64,000 bases of DNA from Felis catus (taxonomy: Eukaryota): positions 115,880,001-115,944,000 of the forward strand of contig NC_058368.1 of the NCBI RefSeq assembly GCF_018350175.1. The letters run 5' to 3'. The translations under genes were made by a program, and so were the position numbers. Under the pieces are notes generated by a model. It had not been told where the DNA came from. It searched no databases and worked only from the letters and a program-made list of their open reading frames with translations. Positions 11,166 through 23,814 of the stretch are shown piece by piece (within the stretch, counting starts at the first letter, position 1; the number at the start of each line of letters is the position of its first letter).

Positions 11166-13294
11166 TACTCTCTTATCTTGCTTGCTGTCCTGCCTCTCTC
11201 TAAGCCCAGTTGTGAGGGGGGACTTGAATGTCCCCACCGCTCCCTGCCCCCCCAACCCCCACCCCAGCAAGCAGAACCACATCTAGGTAAGAATACTCGA
11301 TCGCAAGACGGGGTGTTGTTCATGTTCAGCAACGTGTCTTTGTTCAAACTGGTTCCTTTTCTGGTTGTTTCCTTTTCTCCTAATCTCAGATTGAAGACCT
11401 ATTATTTCCAAGCCAGGAAAAAAGAACAAGGGGGAAAAAAGGCAGCTCTGTTCCAGGAACTGTAATATCTCTCTCTGTGCTGCCCAGTTTCTCACTTCTC
11501 TGACTCTTGGACAAGCCCAGCCATGCCTGGCCCCCAGATTTGGCAGGGGCATTGATCACAAAGCCTTTTTAGGGTCTTCTCTTCCCCCTTATACCTTCAG
11601 GCCAAGATGAGAGTGTGAGAGCAAGGAAAAGAGAAGAAAAGAAGATCAAGGAAAGGCACTGGAAAATGATGATAAACTCTAGTTCCCAAACTAGCCCTCT
11701 ACTGTGTACCCTAGTCTCTTGGGAATCTACCACGTATCCCTTTCCTGGCCTAGAGAAGCAGCCCCAGAGAGAATGTGTGGTTAGTCACACACAGAAACAA
11801 AGACACGCATAGATGTGGGTGCCCACACCAGACTGTCATAAACATACATGCCAGCCTGGTCTTATTCACAGAGGCACTCAGAGCCTCAAGGGACACAAAT
11901 CCCCTTGAGGCTGAGACGCATATAATCATGAGCACATGCGCTCGCAATCACGTTTCCAAACACTACCATAAACATGCCCTTTCTCTGAGGCACAAACACT
12001 GTCACATGCACGCTCAGGCCGTGCGTACCAGGTCTCTGGGCACAGACATTTGTGGACAGGACCAAAAGACAAAGGCTGGAGGTAGACCCTTGAATCAGAG
12101 GGGCCTCCAAAAGTTATGGGACCTCGATTTCTCTGCTCCCGCTTCATTCAATCAATGAAGCTGGGGAACGGGCTGGGTCCCATCCAGACCAGGGAGTAGG
12201 GAGGGCCCCCACCCCAAAGCACAGCCCATCTATCCTGAGCCAGTAGAGGCCACGCTTATGCCAGGAAGGATGGTTTGTGTCTGAACGTCAGAGACACCAC
12301 TGTGTCTCCCGGGAGAGAGTGGCGCTTCCGGCATCAGGCCAGCAGGAGCCTCTAACCTGCAGTTGGCATCCACTCTCCTGGCTGACGGGAAACAAAGGTG
12401 CCTTGATGCGGGGCCCTATGAATGTCGGTGGCAGGAGGCACGTCAGCGCTGCCCTGGGGCAGGAGCTCTGCCATCACCTGGTTAACCCCACATGGTCAGG
12501 CCGCTCCTCTGGCCTCCCCACGTGCACAAAGTTCCTTTTTCCCCGGACACGGGCCAGCATGTGCTCCCCTCCAAGACCCCAAGCGATCCAGAGGGCTAGA
12601 CAGCTCGCTACTCTCCAGGCCAGGAGAGAGCACCCCGGAGGGATACCCCAACTTTTCATGTGGGTTCACCCGAACCAAAGCCACGGGTTTTCCAAAAAGG
12701 TAAACAGCTGTTTGGAGGAGAAGGCAGCCCATGCCAGCACAGCTGGAAGATCCAGAGCCAACAGCTCCGACAGGTCCAGAGCCATTGCATTCCCCTGCCC
12801 GACCTGGGCCCAAGGTGGCAACACGATGCTTCTGGACAGCGCCGGCAGCAGCTGCTCCAGGGGCCACCAGGAGGCTACGGCTTTCATGCCACCCCACCAG
12901 TCCTGCTGATGCTCCTGTACGTGATCAGGGACTCAACATTTCCCCCAGCCAGACCCCGATGGAAGGACTGTGCTTCTGCCGATGAATCCAGCGCCCCCTG
13001 CAGCAAAGCCAGGGGTTATCCTTTTTGCCCAGACACATCCCCTTCCCACCCCAGGGAGCCCTTCACCCCAGACGCAGTCAGTGCTAAAAGGAAAAGCTCC
13101 TAGGGGTGCTTGTCAGCATAGCTCTTGCGGGGGACAGAATGACTCTGAGGTCAACTCAGCAGAGGTGTGAGTGTGGGGCTCAAGGCTTCTGCAGAGGAAG
13201 AGGGTTACTAGTCCCCAGGGGAGAGAGTTCTGGGAGCATGGCCCCTCCTGTGATCATCACAGCACCCAAACCAGCCTACGTATTTCCTTTCCAG

Positions 13295-13483
13295 GACCAA
13301 TCACAATACGTAATTGTGTTGTTTTCGTATTTGCTTGTTTATTATCTGTTTCCTCCACTAGGATATAAGCTCCATGAGTTTAGGGACCACATCTGTCTTA
13401 TTTACTGTTACCTCCCAGTGCTAGCCTGGTGTTTGGCACAAAGGGAGGGACTCTGTGAGACTTACTGAACAAATGAATGAATG
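13295..13483 (+). mobile_element. L2 3' end
   Basis: 'cactaggatataagctccatgag..agggacc..tcccagtgctagcctgg..tgaacaaatgaatgaatg'. Confidence 0.75.
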
Positions 13484-13641
13484 CTCTCTGCCCACAGAAC
13501 ATCAACTGCCAAAAATACAGGAGTAAAGTGCCTGAAGACCCAGACAATCCAGGTCAGGAATGGAAAGAAGTTCTCCAAGGAAGGCCTACCTGTTCCTCAT
13601 CTACCTGTCAGCTCATACCATATTCCACAAAGCTATTGTGG

Positions 13642-13851
13642 TTTTTTTAAAAATTTTTTAAATGTTTATTTCTGAGAGAGAGAGAGCACAAGCAGGGGAG
13701 GGACAGAGAAAAGGAGACAAAGAATCTGAAGCAGCCTCCAGGCTCTGAGTTGTCAGCACAGAGCCCAATGCGGCGCTTGAACCCACGAACTGCAAGATCA
13801 TGACCTGAGCTGAAGTCAGATGCTTAACTGACTGAGCCCCCCAGGCACCCC
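13642..13851 (-). mobile_element. SINEC_Fc-type SINE
   Basis: Full antisense copy; TSD ccacaaagctatt. Confidence 0.95.
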
Positions 13852-13859
13852 ACCACAAA

Positions 13860-14340
13860 GCTATTCTGAGCACCTATTATGTGGCGCTGGAAACTGAAGA
13901 GACCTCCATGAAATTCAAAACCAAAACCAAAACCTTGGCCCCTTGCCTTAAGGAGATGGCACTTTGGTGAGGAAGACATATTAGTACACAAATAATTATA
14001 ACTCAGTCTGACTAGTGCCATCAGAGAGGTAAGAACAGAGGACCTAGGCTTAGGGAGCTGGGTAGCTCTCATGGAAGAGAGATTTCTAAGATGAGCACCA
14101 AGGAGTGCTATGAATTAGCCAGCAAAGGCAATGGGGAAGAAAAGGGGAGGAGGAGAGTTTATAAAAAGGGACCAGTACATGCAACAGCCTAGAAGTGAGA
14201 GAGCATGTGGCTTCAACAAGGAGGGAAGGGAGGTTCAGCGTGGCCAGTGATGGTGACAGAATGCCAGGAGGGGCTGGAAAGGCAAGCAGGAGGCCCTGGA
14301 AAACAGTGTGGAGAGCCACCGAGGGGCTGTAAGCAGAAAA
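13860..14340 (-). mobile_element. L2 remnant
   Basis: 'tgagcacctattatgtg..cccttgccttaaggag..acatgcaacagcctagaagtgagagagcatg'. Confidence 0.6.
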
Positions 14341-14361
14341 GTAAAAGAAAATTCCCTAATT

Positions 14362-14572
14362 GGGGCACCTGGGTGGCTCAGTTGGTTAAGCATCCAACTC
14401 TTGATTTTAACTCAGGTCATGATCTCATGATTTGTGAGATAGAGCCCTAAGGCGGGCTCTGCACTGACAGTGTGGAACCTGCTTGGGATTCTCTCTCTCT
14501 CCCTCTCTCTCTTTGCTCCTACCCCGCTTGTGCTTGTTCTCTCGCTCTCAAAACAAATAAACTTAAAAAAAA
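14362..14572 (+). mobile_element. SINEC_Fc-type SINE
   Basis: Head 'ggggcacctgggtggctcagttggttaag'; TSD approximately aaaagaaaattcc. Confidence 0.95.
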
Positions 14573-16390
14573 CAGAAAAAAGAAAATTCCTAAGTACTCA
14601 GGAAAGGAAGCTCAGAGCACAGCTGCTCAGGCAGAGGGCAAGTGGCCCTTCCTCCATCCCTAATGGAGGGCAGGAGACTATGAGAGCTGCTCAGGAGGAG
14701 GCCTGGGAGGAGATGGGGTCATGCAGGGCGCCCAGCCCTCCCCAGTGGCTCCAGGTGAATAGATTCTCCAATGCCCTTTGCTTTGAGAGGTAACCCCCCA
14801 GGGTGGCAGGAGACCTGAGATGTCAGTCCCATGGGCAATGTGTGAGGGGCCTCCGTACTTCCAGCCCACAGGGATACGGTGAATGGCAGAGCCTGGAGGG
14901 AGGAGGAAGCTCAGGGTGGTGCTGGGGTCAAGGATCATGGGAGCCGAGCCACAGAAGCTATTTACAGTCAGTGTCCTCCCTAGAATCCAGGCATCTCCAG
15001 GGACCGCTGATCTCACGTCCTGCTCAGGGCTGGGCACAAAGTAGAGGCCCAAGAAATGTTTCCCATGGGCAGAGGAATAGAAGCTCATTCAGGCAGGCTC
15101 AGGAAACAGATCACACCCATTGGGTCAGGGGAATTTCTCTACTGAAGATAAAAAGCAAGACCCTTTCCTCTCCTTCCACATCCTGCGGTCCACAAAGGGC
15201 ACTATGGCTAAAGGTGCCCTCCCACTAGGTCAGAGAACAAAAGCTGATGAAGGTGCTGCTGTCGTGTAGGAGGTGGGCCCAGAAGACAGTTGGGGACCTA
15301 GTGCGAGGAGGAGCAGACATGCATATAAGGAGAGGCTGGTGACTTAAGGTCCTTCAAAAGCCAGGCCCCACCAGAGATGAGGAAGGCCTGAGCTCCAGTC
15401 AGGAGTCAGCCACCAACCAATCATGTAGCTTTGGAAAAATTTTCAACCCTGGCATTGATTTCCTCACCTATAAAAGGAAAACAGGGCTGCATGGTCACTC
15501 AAGTCCTTCCAGCACTTTGATCCAGTGGGGAGGAGGCTTTGTTGGCCCCCAAGGTCACCGGGTGAAATACCTCTGCTTTCCTACCAGGCACGACAGTCTT
15601 CGTCTGATGGCTTTCCGCTCTGATGAAATACCTGGATGGAATACCATGGTCAGGCCCAGGATTCTGTCTATCAGATTCCCCGGGAAGAAGTTAGGAGGGG
15701 GACGTGAGAGTACAAAGCTAGAAGCAAGCTGTTGACAGAATACAAAAAGAAAGGAACCCAGTGGGGCTGGGCCCCGAGCTGAGAGGGCTGGGTGAGGGGG
15801 ACAGCTGGGACCTGGGGCCCCAAGAGTGTAGAAACAGCCCAGAATTTGAATGGCCTCCCCAGAGAAGAGCCCAGGAGAACTCGTCCTGCGTCCAGCCCTG
15901 CAAGCCCGCCCCAGGACTGGCCTTCCTCCCAGGCCTGTGAAGTCAGGAATCAGGTAGATCAGCGCAGAGGAGGAAGGGCTAGAGAGACAGCAGTAGCTTC
16001 CCTCCACAACTTGCAGGGACTGGGAAGGAGGAAGGAAGGCTGGGAAAGGAGAAGCGGTACTTCCAAAGCTAGAGCACCAATCGACCATCCACACAAGGAG
16101 ATCTCCATTCAACTAACCTGCAGTGAGGGCCTGCTCCCATCAGGCTGTATTCTAGACACCACTCTGGGGAGCAACGTGGTACAATCTCTGACAGGCTGCA
16201 CGCACAGGCCACCGAGAAACTCGCTCCATCGCCCCCACAGGGCAGCAGAAGTATCGGCTGGCTCTAGATGGGGAGGGAAGCAGGAGATCTCTGGGAGCAC
16301 CTACAGCCTGGGGAGGCTTTTCCGGTGGCTTTTGCCCAGGAGGAGGGGGCCCCCTTCCAGACAACAGTGCAAGATGGGCTACAAAGCCTG

Positions 16391-16470
16391 CCCCGCCACC
16401 TGGTGGACAGAGAAGGAAGGTGCTGAAGACAAGGCTCAGACAGGTAGTGTCCTGCCACCTGGTGGAAAGC
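16391..16470 (-). promoter_or_regulatory. Two tandem CTCF core motifs
   Basis: Minus strand reads GTCCACCAGGTGGCGG (around 16393-16408) and TTCCACCAGGTGGCAG (around 16452-16467), matching CCASYAGRKGGCRS. Confidence 0.65.
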
Positions 16471-17179
16471 AGGGGCGGAGGATTCTGGAGCTCACACAAT
16501 CCCCACAGCTGCTGACCACTCAGACTCACCCAGCCCCTTGGCTGCCTGTTGTCTGAGGCTAGAGTATGAAGAATGGAGCCTTTGAGGGCATGCCCCTGGT
16601 CCTTAAGGACTCACAGCCATGGGGGTGGGGGTGAAACAGAGCTCATTTACATGAAAGGTTAAACAGTACAAGGGTATATGCCCCACCATTCAATTCAGTT
16701 CATTCACCCATCCAACCATCCATTCATCTACACAACCAGTCCAGAACTTAGAATCGCTTACTATCTGTAAGGCATTGTGGAGATTCTGAAGGACAGTAAG
16801 TTACAAGACTTGATCCGGCCCTCAGGGAGTAAGGCTCTTTTTCTAGGACTTCCCTCTTTCCCATAGACCTTCACCTACGTCATCTCCCTTAATCCTTGCA
16901 AAACCCAGAGAGGTATGTATTATTCCCACATTCCACATGGACACATTCAAGCCGTGAGGAGTCAAGTGACTTGTCCAAAGTCTCACAGCTGGTAAGCACC
17001 AAAAACCCAGGGCTTTTCATTGGTCAAACAACCATTCCTCCAATATGCCAGGCACTGTGGCAACAGTCTGGTGAGTGCCAAAGACACCAAGAAGTACACA
17101 CAGGATATTGGGTGAGGCTAATGCGGAATTTTATGCAAAATTCTCTCCACAGCATGAGCAAGAAGAGCTACAGTTTTAA

Positions 17180-17410
17180 TAATGACAGTAAGGGCTAATG
17201 TTCACATAGTGCTTACTCTATGCGAGGCACTGTGCTCAGTGCTTTATATCAACTGACCCACTTAAGCCCCTGTGAGGTAGGGGGTATTAACCCCACACTG
17301 CACATGAGGGCACTCAAACCAGAGAGAGAGTTTCACTAACTAACTGGCAGGGCCAAGATACAAACCCAGGCAATCTGGCTCTAGAGCCTGCACCCTTGAC
17401 CATGAAGCTA
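17180..17410 (-). mobile_element. MIR
   Basis: 'gctaatgttcacatagtgcttactctatgcgaggcactgtgct..ccctgtgaggtag..aaacccaggcaatctggctctagagcc'. Confidence 0.75.
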
Positions 17411-17669
17411 TATGGCCCTAAGGTAAAGGTGAATGGTTTGCACACGTTGCTGGACTGACCTGGAACAGAAACTCAGAGATCACGCCGTGGTCTTCTGACC
17501 CAGGGAGTAGACCCTGGCCCTGAGGCAGGGGTGAGAAAGGATCATGCTAATTTAAACCTCCAAGATTAGGGCCAACTTGCTTTGCTTCTTTTAATAACCC
17601 ATTATGACTGACACAGAATTTCCTACAGCTTCTCTGAAGCAAGTTCTAGATTTGGCAGAAGGAAGTAAG

Positions 17670-17962
17670 GATTGAGAGCTATCTTCAAATATCTGTAGGA
17701 CCGTTATCTGGAAGGACTAAATTTGCTCTGCATAGTTTGAACGGACAGGCATGAGACTAATGGGTAAAAGTTAAGGGAAGCAGATGCTATCTCAATAGAA
17801 AAAATAGTCCTACTAATTAGAGTTGACCCCACTGGAAGCCCTCAAAAAAGAGTGAGCTTTCAGGCAGTAGGAGCATTCAAACAAGAATCACTAGTTGGCA
17901 GAGAAGCTAGAAGACCATTTTCTATACAGGGATCTTAGTGTCCCTTCCAAAGCTGAGATGTC
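17670..17962 (+). mobile_element. L3/CR1 LINE 3' fragment
   Basis: 'gctatcttcaaatatctg..aatgggtaaaagtta..gtgagctt..cattcaa..gtcccttccaaagctgagat'. Confidence 0.65.
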
Positions 17963-18446
17963 AAGATGTCACAATAGCTTTTTCCTCTCTTCCTTTCTTT
18001 ACAAGCATTTAGTGAATCAGCCCTCTGCTAGGTAAGCGAGATTACAAATGTGACTAAGATGCCATACTTGCCCTCAAAGATTTTAGAGTTTAGAGGGGGT
18101 AGTGAGCCTCTAGACCCACCCCAAATAATATATGATGGCCTTTGGCTTATACTACCTTTGCCTTTCAAACAGGAAGGGTGAGGGAAATACGTTCCCTTTC
18201 TGTCCTTATTGGAACACTTCTCTACCTCCAGTTGACGTATAAACTTAAATAATATTGACAACTGGGTGTGATCTACGAATCATCTAAAAATAATAGTATA
18301 AATAATAGCAATAAAAACAAACAACATGATTTTACTCTGTGCCAAGCATCACACCGGTCACTTTACAAATACGATTTTTACTTAATTCTACCGGCAAAAG
18401 TTCAAAGGCAAGCTTAATAATCTTTCAAATCGCTAAAGGGTTCTCC

Positions 18447-18476
18447 AAAAAGAAAAGAAAAGAAAAGAAAAGAAAG
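18447..18476. repeat. (AAAAG)n microsatellite
   Basis: Directly visible. Confidence 0.9.
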
Positions 18477-18803
18477 GTGTCTATTCTCCACATTGCCTAA
18501 GTCACGCCACAGGATGACGGTTTTATTTTGCAAGAAGACTAGGCTAGAACATTCTGGGCACAAGATGGTACAAAACACTGGGGTAAAACAACCAACGAAG
18601 GCTGTGGTGTTTCCCTCTTCGGAAGACTGGGACAACGACATGGGTTTCCATTGGGTTCTGGTGGTAAAAGGAAGGGAATAGAGAAAATCACCTGGTTTGG
18701 GCACCAGATAAGGTCTGGGCACATGGCTGCCTGCACCTTTCAGGCCAGGTGGATAAAAGTCCACATCATAAGGAGGTGGCCTTTGTAGGGCTACCAGAAC
18801 TAC

Positions 18804-18836
18804 AGCAATGTTCCCACCTCCCACTAGAGGGACTCT
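18804..18836 (+). promoter_or_regulatory. Extended CTCF motif (upstream module plus core)
   Basis: cagcaatgttccc-acctc-CCACTAGAGGGActc; one mismatch at the terminal C of the core. Confidence 0.5.
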
Positions 18837-20306
18837 CGGAGCAAGGCACCGGAAAAATGCAGGCAAGGCGTATTTGGGCGCTGCCCGAAGTAAGAGTTCT
18901 AAATTTCCCTCCCCACTCCAGCCCTCCATAGCCATGTCCCCCTCCCCCATCCCTCTTTCCCTAACCACTCCAGCCCCTGTCCCTCTGCTGGCTGACCTCT
19001 AGAGTACCTTTGGGGCTGTCTTCTCCAGCATGCAGCCCGTGCAGGAAAGACCAGAGAGCAAGGGGGGGGGGGGTGTACTGTGGAGGGGAGGGGTGCAAGG
19101 GTAGGAGGGTTGAAAGGGGGTTCATCACTGGGAGATAACCCCAAGTGCTAAACATCAGGGAGAAATGGCATTGTTAATCTTTACATTTCACTAAAGTAGA
19201 ATGTGTAAAACCTGATGGGACTCCTTACCACTATCCACAAACATTTTCAAATGTGTTTGCTTCAGACATAAAAATGAGGACAGCCAGTTTTTCTTTTCTG
19301 CCTTGAGTTTTGAATATTAACACGTCTGTATCCTTCTTAAAAGAGCACACAGCGGCAACCCCACCATCCTGGAGCCCATCCACTTGCCTGACCCCAGTAT
19401 CTCTAACACGAAGAGAAAAGAAGTTGATCCAGCCCTGCCTTTGAACCACAGTAAAAACCACCTCAGATGCCTCCCGCTACCCCAGATGCCAAGCGTATGG
19501 CATTTATAGGCCCTTAAGTGTTTCCTGAGAGTTCCCAGGGTTGGCACAAAATTTAATCTAAACACTACCTCCTCCGTGATCTCTCTGCCTGCCTCAGCTT
19601 TGGTGCGTGTACCTATTTTTCACTAGATGGTAAGTCACTTCTTCCTGGGCATCCAAATGGCTGGGTTCACAGCAGGGAAAGAATGAGGTGGGCATCTGTT
19701 TCACAACATGCCCATCCTTAGGAGGCAGCTGACAAGAAGCCAATTTTGCCGTCCATTCTTTTCCCAAATTCTATGCTACAACCGCAGGGAATGACAGGGA
19801 GGAGCTGTGGCCCAGATCCAGAAGGAAATTAAATAGCCTTAAATTAGGTCAAACACGCCTTTGGCACAAACCCACCAAAGGAAAAACCGGAAGACAGCAT
19901 GTTTCCTTTCCAGTTACAAAATCAATGTATAAAAATCAAGAGTCCTCACGTACATAAGCAATTTACAATTAGAAAATATAACGAAAAAAACCCCATTCCA
20001 TTAAATATGTCAATAAAAATGTAAAATGATAGGAGTAATTAGTAAGAAATGTATAGGATCTACCAACAGAAGAGGAAAGGAAACAAACTAAAGGAAACAA
20101 ACAGACAAGAATTGATAGAAAAATGTACTACTTTACAATGTAAATCTTTCCAAGTTAATCTCTTAACACCATTCCAGTAAAAATACCAAGGGCATAATTG
20201 ATTCTCGATCTCATCTGGAAGAATCAACATTTGAGAAAAGCCAAGAAAAATTAAAAATTAGATATTAAAATTAAGCTACAATAATTTAAAAAGTGTGGAC
20301 GATGCA

Positions 20307-20811
20307 AGGAAATGCAAATCAAAACTACAATGATACCATCTCATACCTATCAGAATGGCTAAAATAAAAATAAGAAACAACAAGCGTTGGCAAGGATGTG
20401 ATGGAGAAAGGGGAACCCTCATGCACTGTTGGTCAGAATGCAGACTGGTGCAGCCATTCTGGAAAACAGTATGGAGGTTCCTCAAAAAGTTGAAAATAAA
20501 ATCCTATGATCCAGTAATTGTGCTACCAGGTATTCACCCAAAGAATACAAAAATACTAATTCAAAGGGATACATGCACCTTGATGTTTATAGCAGCATTA
20601 TCTACCATAGCCAAATTATGGAAACAGTCCAAGTGTCCATCGTTTGATGAATCGATATATATATATATACACACACACACATACATATGTATATACGTAT
20701 ATATGTGTGTATATATGTATATACATATGCATATATGTACAGATATGTACATATGTATATATACAGATATGTGTACATATATATATACAGATATGTGTGT
20801 GTATATATATG

Positions 20812-20879
<68 letters not shown>

Positions 20880-21280
20880 TACATACAGAAGATTGCTTGG
20901 CCATAAAAAAGAAGAAATCTTGCCATTTGCAACAACATAGATGGAACCGGAGAGTATTATGCTAAGCGAAAATAAGTCAGAGAAGACAAATACCATATGA
21001 TTTCACTTGTGGAATTTAAGAAACAAAACAAATGAGCAAAGGGAAATGAGAGAGGCAAACCAAGAAACAGACTCTCCACTATAAAGAACAAATTGATGGG
21101 TCCCAGAGTGGGGTGGGGTGGGGTGGGGTGGGGGGATGGGTGAAGTAGGTGATGGGGATTAAGGAAGGCACTTCTCCTGAGGAGCACTGGCTAAGGTATG
21201 GAATTGTTGAATCACTATACTGTACACCTGAAACTAATATCACACTGTATATTAACTAACTGCAATTTAAATAAAAACTT
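20307..21280 (+). mobile_element. 5'-truncated carnivore L1 (ORF2 C-terminus and 3'UTR)
   Basis: ORF 20355 encodes '[50 protein letters not shown]' and the next frame '[12 protein letters not shown]'; TSD 20287-20306 versus 21281-21300 matches at 17 of 20. Confidence 0.95.
20655..20887. repeat. Compound (TA)n/(CA)n/(TG)n expansion inside L1
   Basis: About 230 bp alternating purine-pyrimidine tract. Confidence 0.95.
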
Positions 21281-21553
21281 TAAAAAGGGTGGATGAAGCA
21301 TCAGAATAGATAGGTCAGTAGAAAGTATGATAAAGGCAAGAAACAATTTTAAGTGTCTTCATTAAGTGTGCCAGTGCTTATATGAAATGTATTATAAATA
21401 CGTGTAGAATGTAGGTGAAATTTCATATTAAGGAAGTAAAGATAGATTGTCCAATAAGATGCTAGGATAAAAAAATTTTAACTAAAATTTTTAAAATACC
21501 ATACTTCTGACACACAGAAATAAACTGTGGACACTTAAAAGATTTAAATGTTG

Positions 21554-21756
21554 TTTTTAAATTTTTTAAATGTTTATTTATTTTTGAAGGAGAGACAGCA
21601 TGAGCAGGGGAGGGGCAGAGAGAGAGGGAGGCACAGAATCCAAAGCAGGCTCCAGGCTCCAAGCTGTCAGCACAGAGCCCAATGTGGGGCTCAAACTCAC
21701 AAACCATGAGATCATGACCTGAGCTGAAGTCAGTCGCTTAACCTACTGGCCACCCC
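21554..21756 (-). mobile_element. SINEC_Fc-type SINE
   Basis: Antisense copy with shortened head; TSD aaagatttaaatgtt. Confidence 0.93.
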
Positions 21757-22624
21757 AAAGATTTAAATGTTAAATAAAACACTAGAACACTTAGATGGAT
21801 GTTTATGTAATGTAGAAGTAGAAGTCTTTCAAAGCATAGATCAAAAGATAGTCCCAAAATAAATATTAGTATGTTTATTACTTTAAAAATGTATATCTTC
21901 ATGTCAAAAAAGGTCATAAAACCAAATGCAAATAATGAAGTAGTAAAGCTACTATATGCAACATTTACCAAACAAAATGAAGGTTAATAATGCTCTCGAC
22001 AGCAGAAGAATCTTGTAAAACAGTAAGAAAAGATAAATACCTCAATAGAAAAAGGCACGAAGACATAAAAGAAACTCAAAATGTTAATAAACATATTAAA
22101 ATGTTCAGCCTAAATAGTAATCAAAGTAAATGAAATAAGATTTTGCATATCAGATATTAAAGGCAAAAAATAACACCGGGGATGTGTGCACAGATAGGCG
22201 AACACTGGTGGTGAAGGATAAATTGGTACAATTTTTCTGATTTGTAACGTAGTGAGAGGGATCACAAGCCTTAAAAGGTGTGTGTCTGTAGTCCCTACAG
22301 TTCCATCTGGGCTGGGAATTCATCCTAAGGAAGTAAGAATATGCAAAACAGAACAAAACAACAAAGAACAACAACAACAACAAAAAACCTCATCTAGAAG
22401 CACGACTGGAAAACTGGAATAACAAAAAAACCTGAAAACAAATTACATTTCTAATAATAAATAATTGATAAAATAAATTATAGTTCTATCCATACAATGA
22501 AATACTATGTGACTTTTTTAAATGATGGCATAAAAATACGGCTGTTGCCAAGGAAATATGTTCCTGTATACTTTTAAATGAGAAAAGGGACAGATTATGA
22601 GACAGTAGGTACAGTTGGGTCCCA

Positions 22625-22890
22625 TTTTTAAAAGTTTTTTTTTTTTTTTTGAAAGCGAGGGAGTGAGAGAGAGAGCATGCACGCACATGTACGCCAGGGC
22701 ACAGGGGAGGGGCAGAGTTAGAAGGCAAGAGAGAATCCCAAGCAGGTTACATGTCCCAGCACCCCCCCAACCCCCCACCCCCAACCCCCGCAGAGGTTGA
22801 CAGGGGGCTCCATCTCACAGCCATGAGATCATGACCTGAGCCGAAATCAAGAGTCGGATGCTCAACTGACTGAGCCCCCCCAGGAACCCC
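22625..22890 (-). mobile_element. SINEC-type SINE with internal C-rich insertion
   Basis: Antisense body interrupted by acccccccaaccccccacccccaaccccc. Confidence 0.9.
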
Positions 22891-23073
22891 AAACAATCTT
22901 TATACATAGGAAAAGATCTGGAGGAATTTACTTCAAAACATTTCCAGTCTCACTGCTGGGTGGTAAAATTATGAGTGTCCTGGGATTTTGCTTTTTCATC
23001 ATCCATACTTCCTAACTTTTCTACATTAAGCACTTCCTGTGCAATTTTTAAATAAAAAAAAAAAAATAGCCAA

Positions 23074-23303
23074 TTGGGTGGCTCAGTTGGTTAAGCATCT
23101 GACTTGGGCTCTGGTCATGATCTTGAGGTCCATGAGTTCGAGCCCTGCGTTGGACTTTGCGCTGACAGCTCGGAGCCTGGAGCCTGCTTGGGATTCTGTG
23201 TCTCCCTCTCTCTCTGCCCCTCCCCTGCTCATACTCTGTCCCTCTCTTTCTCTCTCTCTTAAAAATAAAGAAACATTAGAAGTATTTTTTTAATAAAAAA
23301 AAA
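23074..23303 (+). mobile_element. SINEC_Fc-type SINE
   Basis: 'tgggtggctcagttggttaag..gagttcgagccc..cggagcctggagcctgcttgggattc'. Confidence 0.93.
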
Positions 23304-23814
23304 ATATAGGAGCTGCTAGCAATTCCCAGATACGCATTCCTCCTTGGCCCTGTTTAGTCTGGGAGATAAAAAGGTTTCATTAAGGAGAAATGATCCCATG
23401 GCTTAAAAATATATACCTCCGCCCCAAAGTTTCATGCCAATTCCTCGCTCAGGTTCCTCCTCCTCACTGAGAAAACTGCTACCAAAGGCTATAAGGTGAC
23501 AAGGATTCCAGCTTTCCTCTTCTCCTCCCCAACTCCCAAGGGGATTATCTCTTTTCCTGGCAAACTGGGAACGAAATCGGCCATGAAAGGTAACAGGGTA
23601 CTCCAAAACTCTCCAACCAGATGGGTGAAGGGGAAGAGGCCCTGGGGCAACAAAGAGGGGTATCTGGGTTAAGTAGGCAGCACATGAATCTGAGCTATGC
23701 CACCTACACCATAAGACAGCAAGGGGTGAGGTAACAGAGATCAAAGCTCCCTGAAGGGCTGGGAGCAGAAGCAAGACAATGACACTTCCAACTAGGGTTA
23801 TAATTATATATTTC

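Larger units (their letters stand above)
19890..22620 (+). mobile_element. Old L1M(E)-type remnant interrupted by a younger L1 and a SINE
   Basis: A-rich ORF2-like DNA 'acaaaatcaatgtataaaaatcaa..caattagaaaat..accccatt' and 'ataaattggtacaa..ctgggaattcatcctaaggaa'. Confidence 0.6.

Noticed and set aside
15792..16556. 254-aa ORF, the longest in the window
   Set aside because: Non-ATG start, R/P/S/G-biased composition typical of GC-rich non-coding DNA, no recognisable domain
20355..20996. IY/VC/HT-repeat ORFs
   Set aside because: Translations of an L1 ORF2 remnant and its microsatellite, not genes
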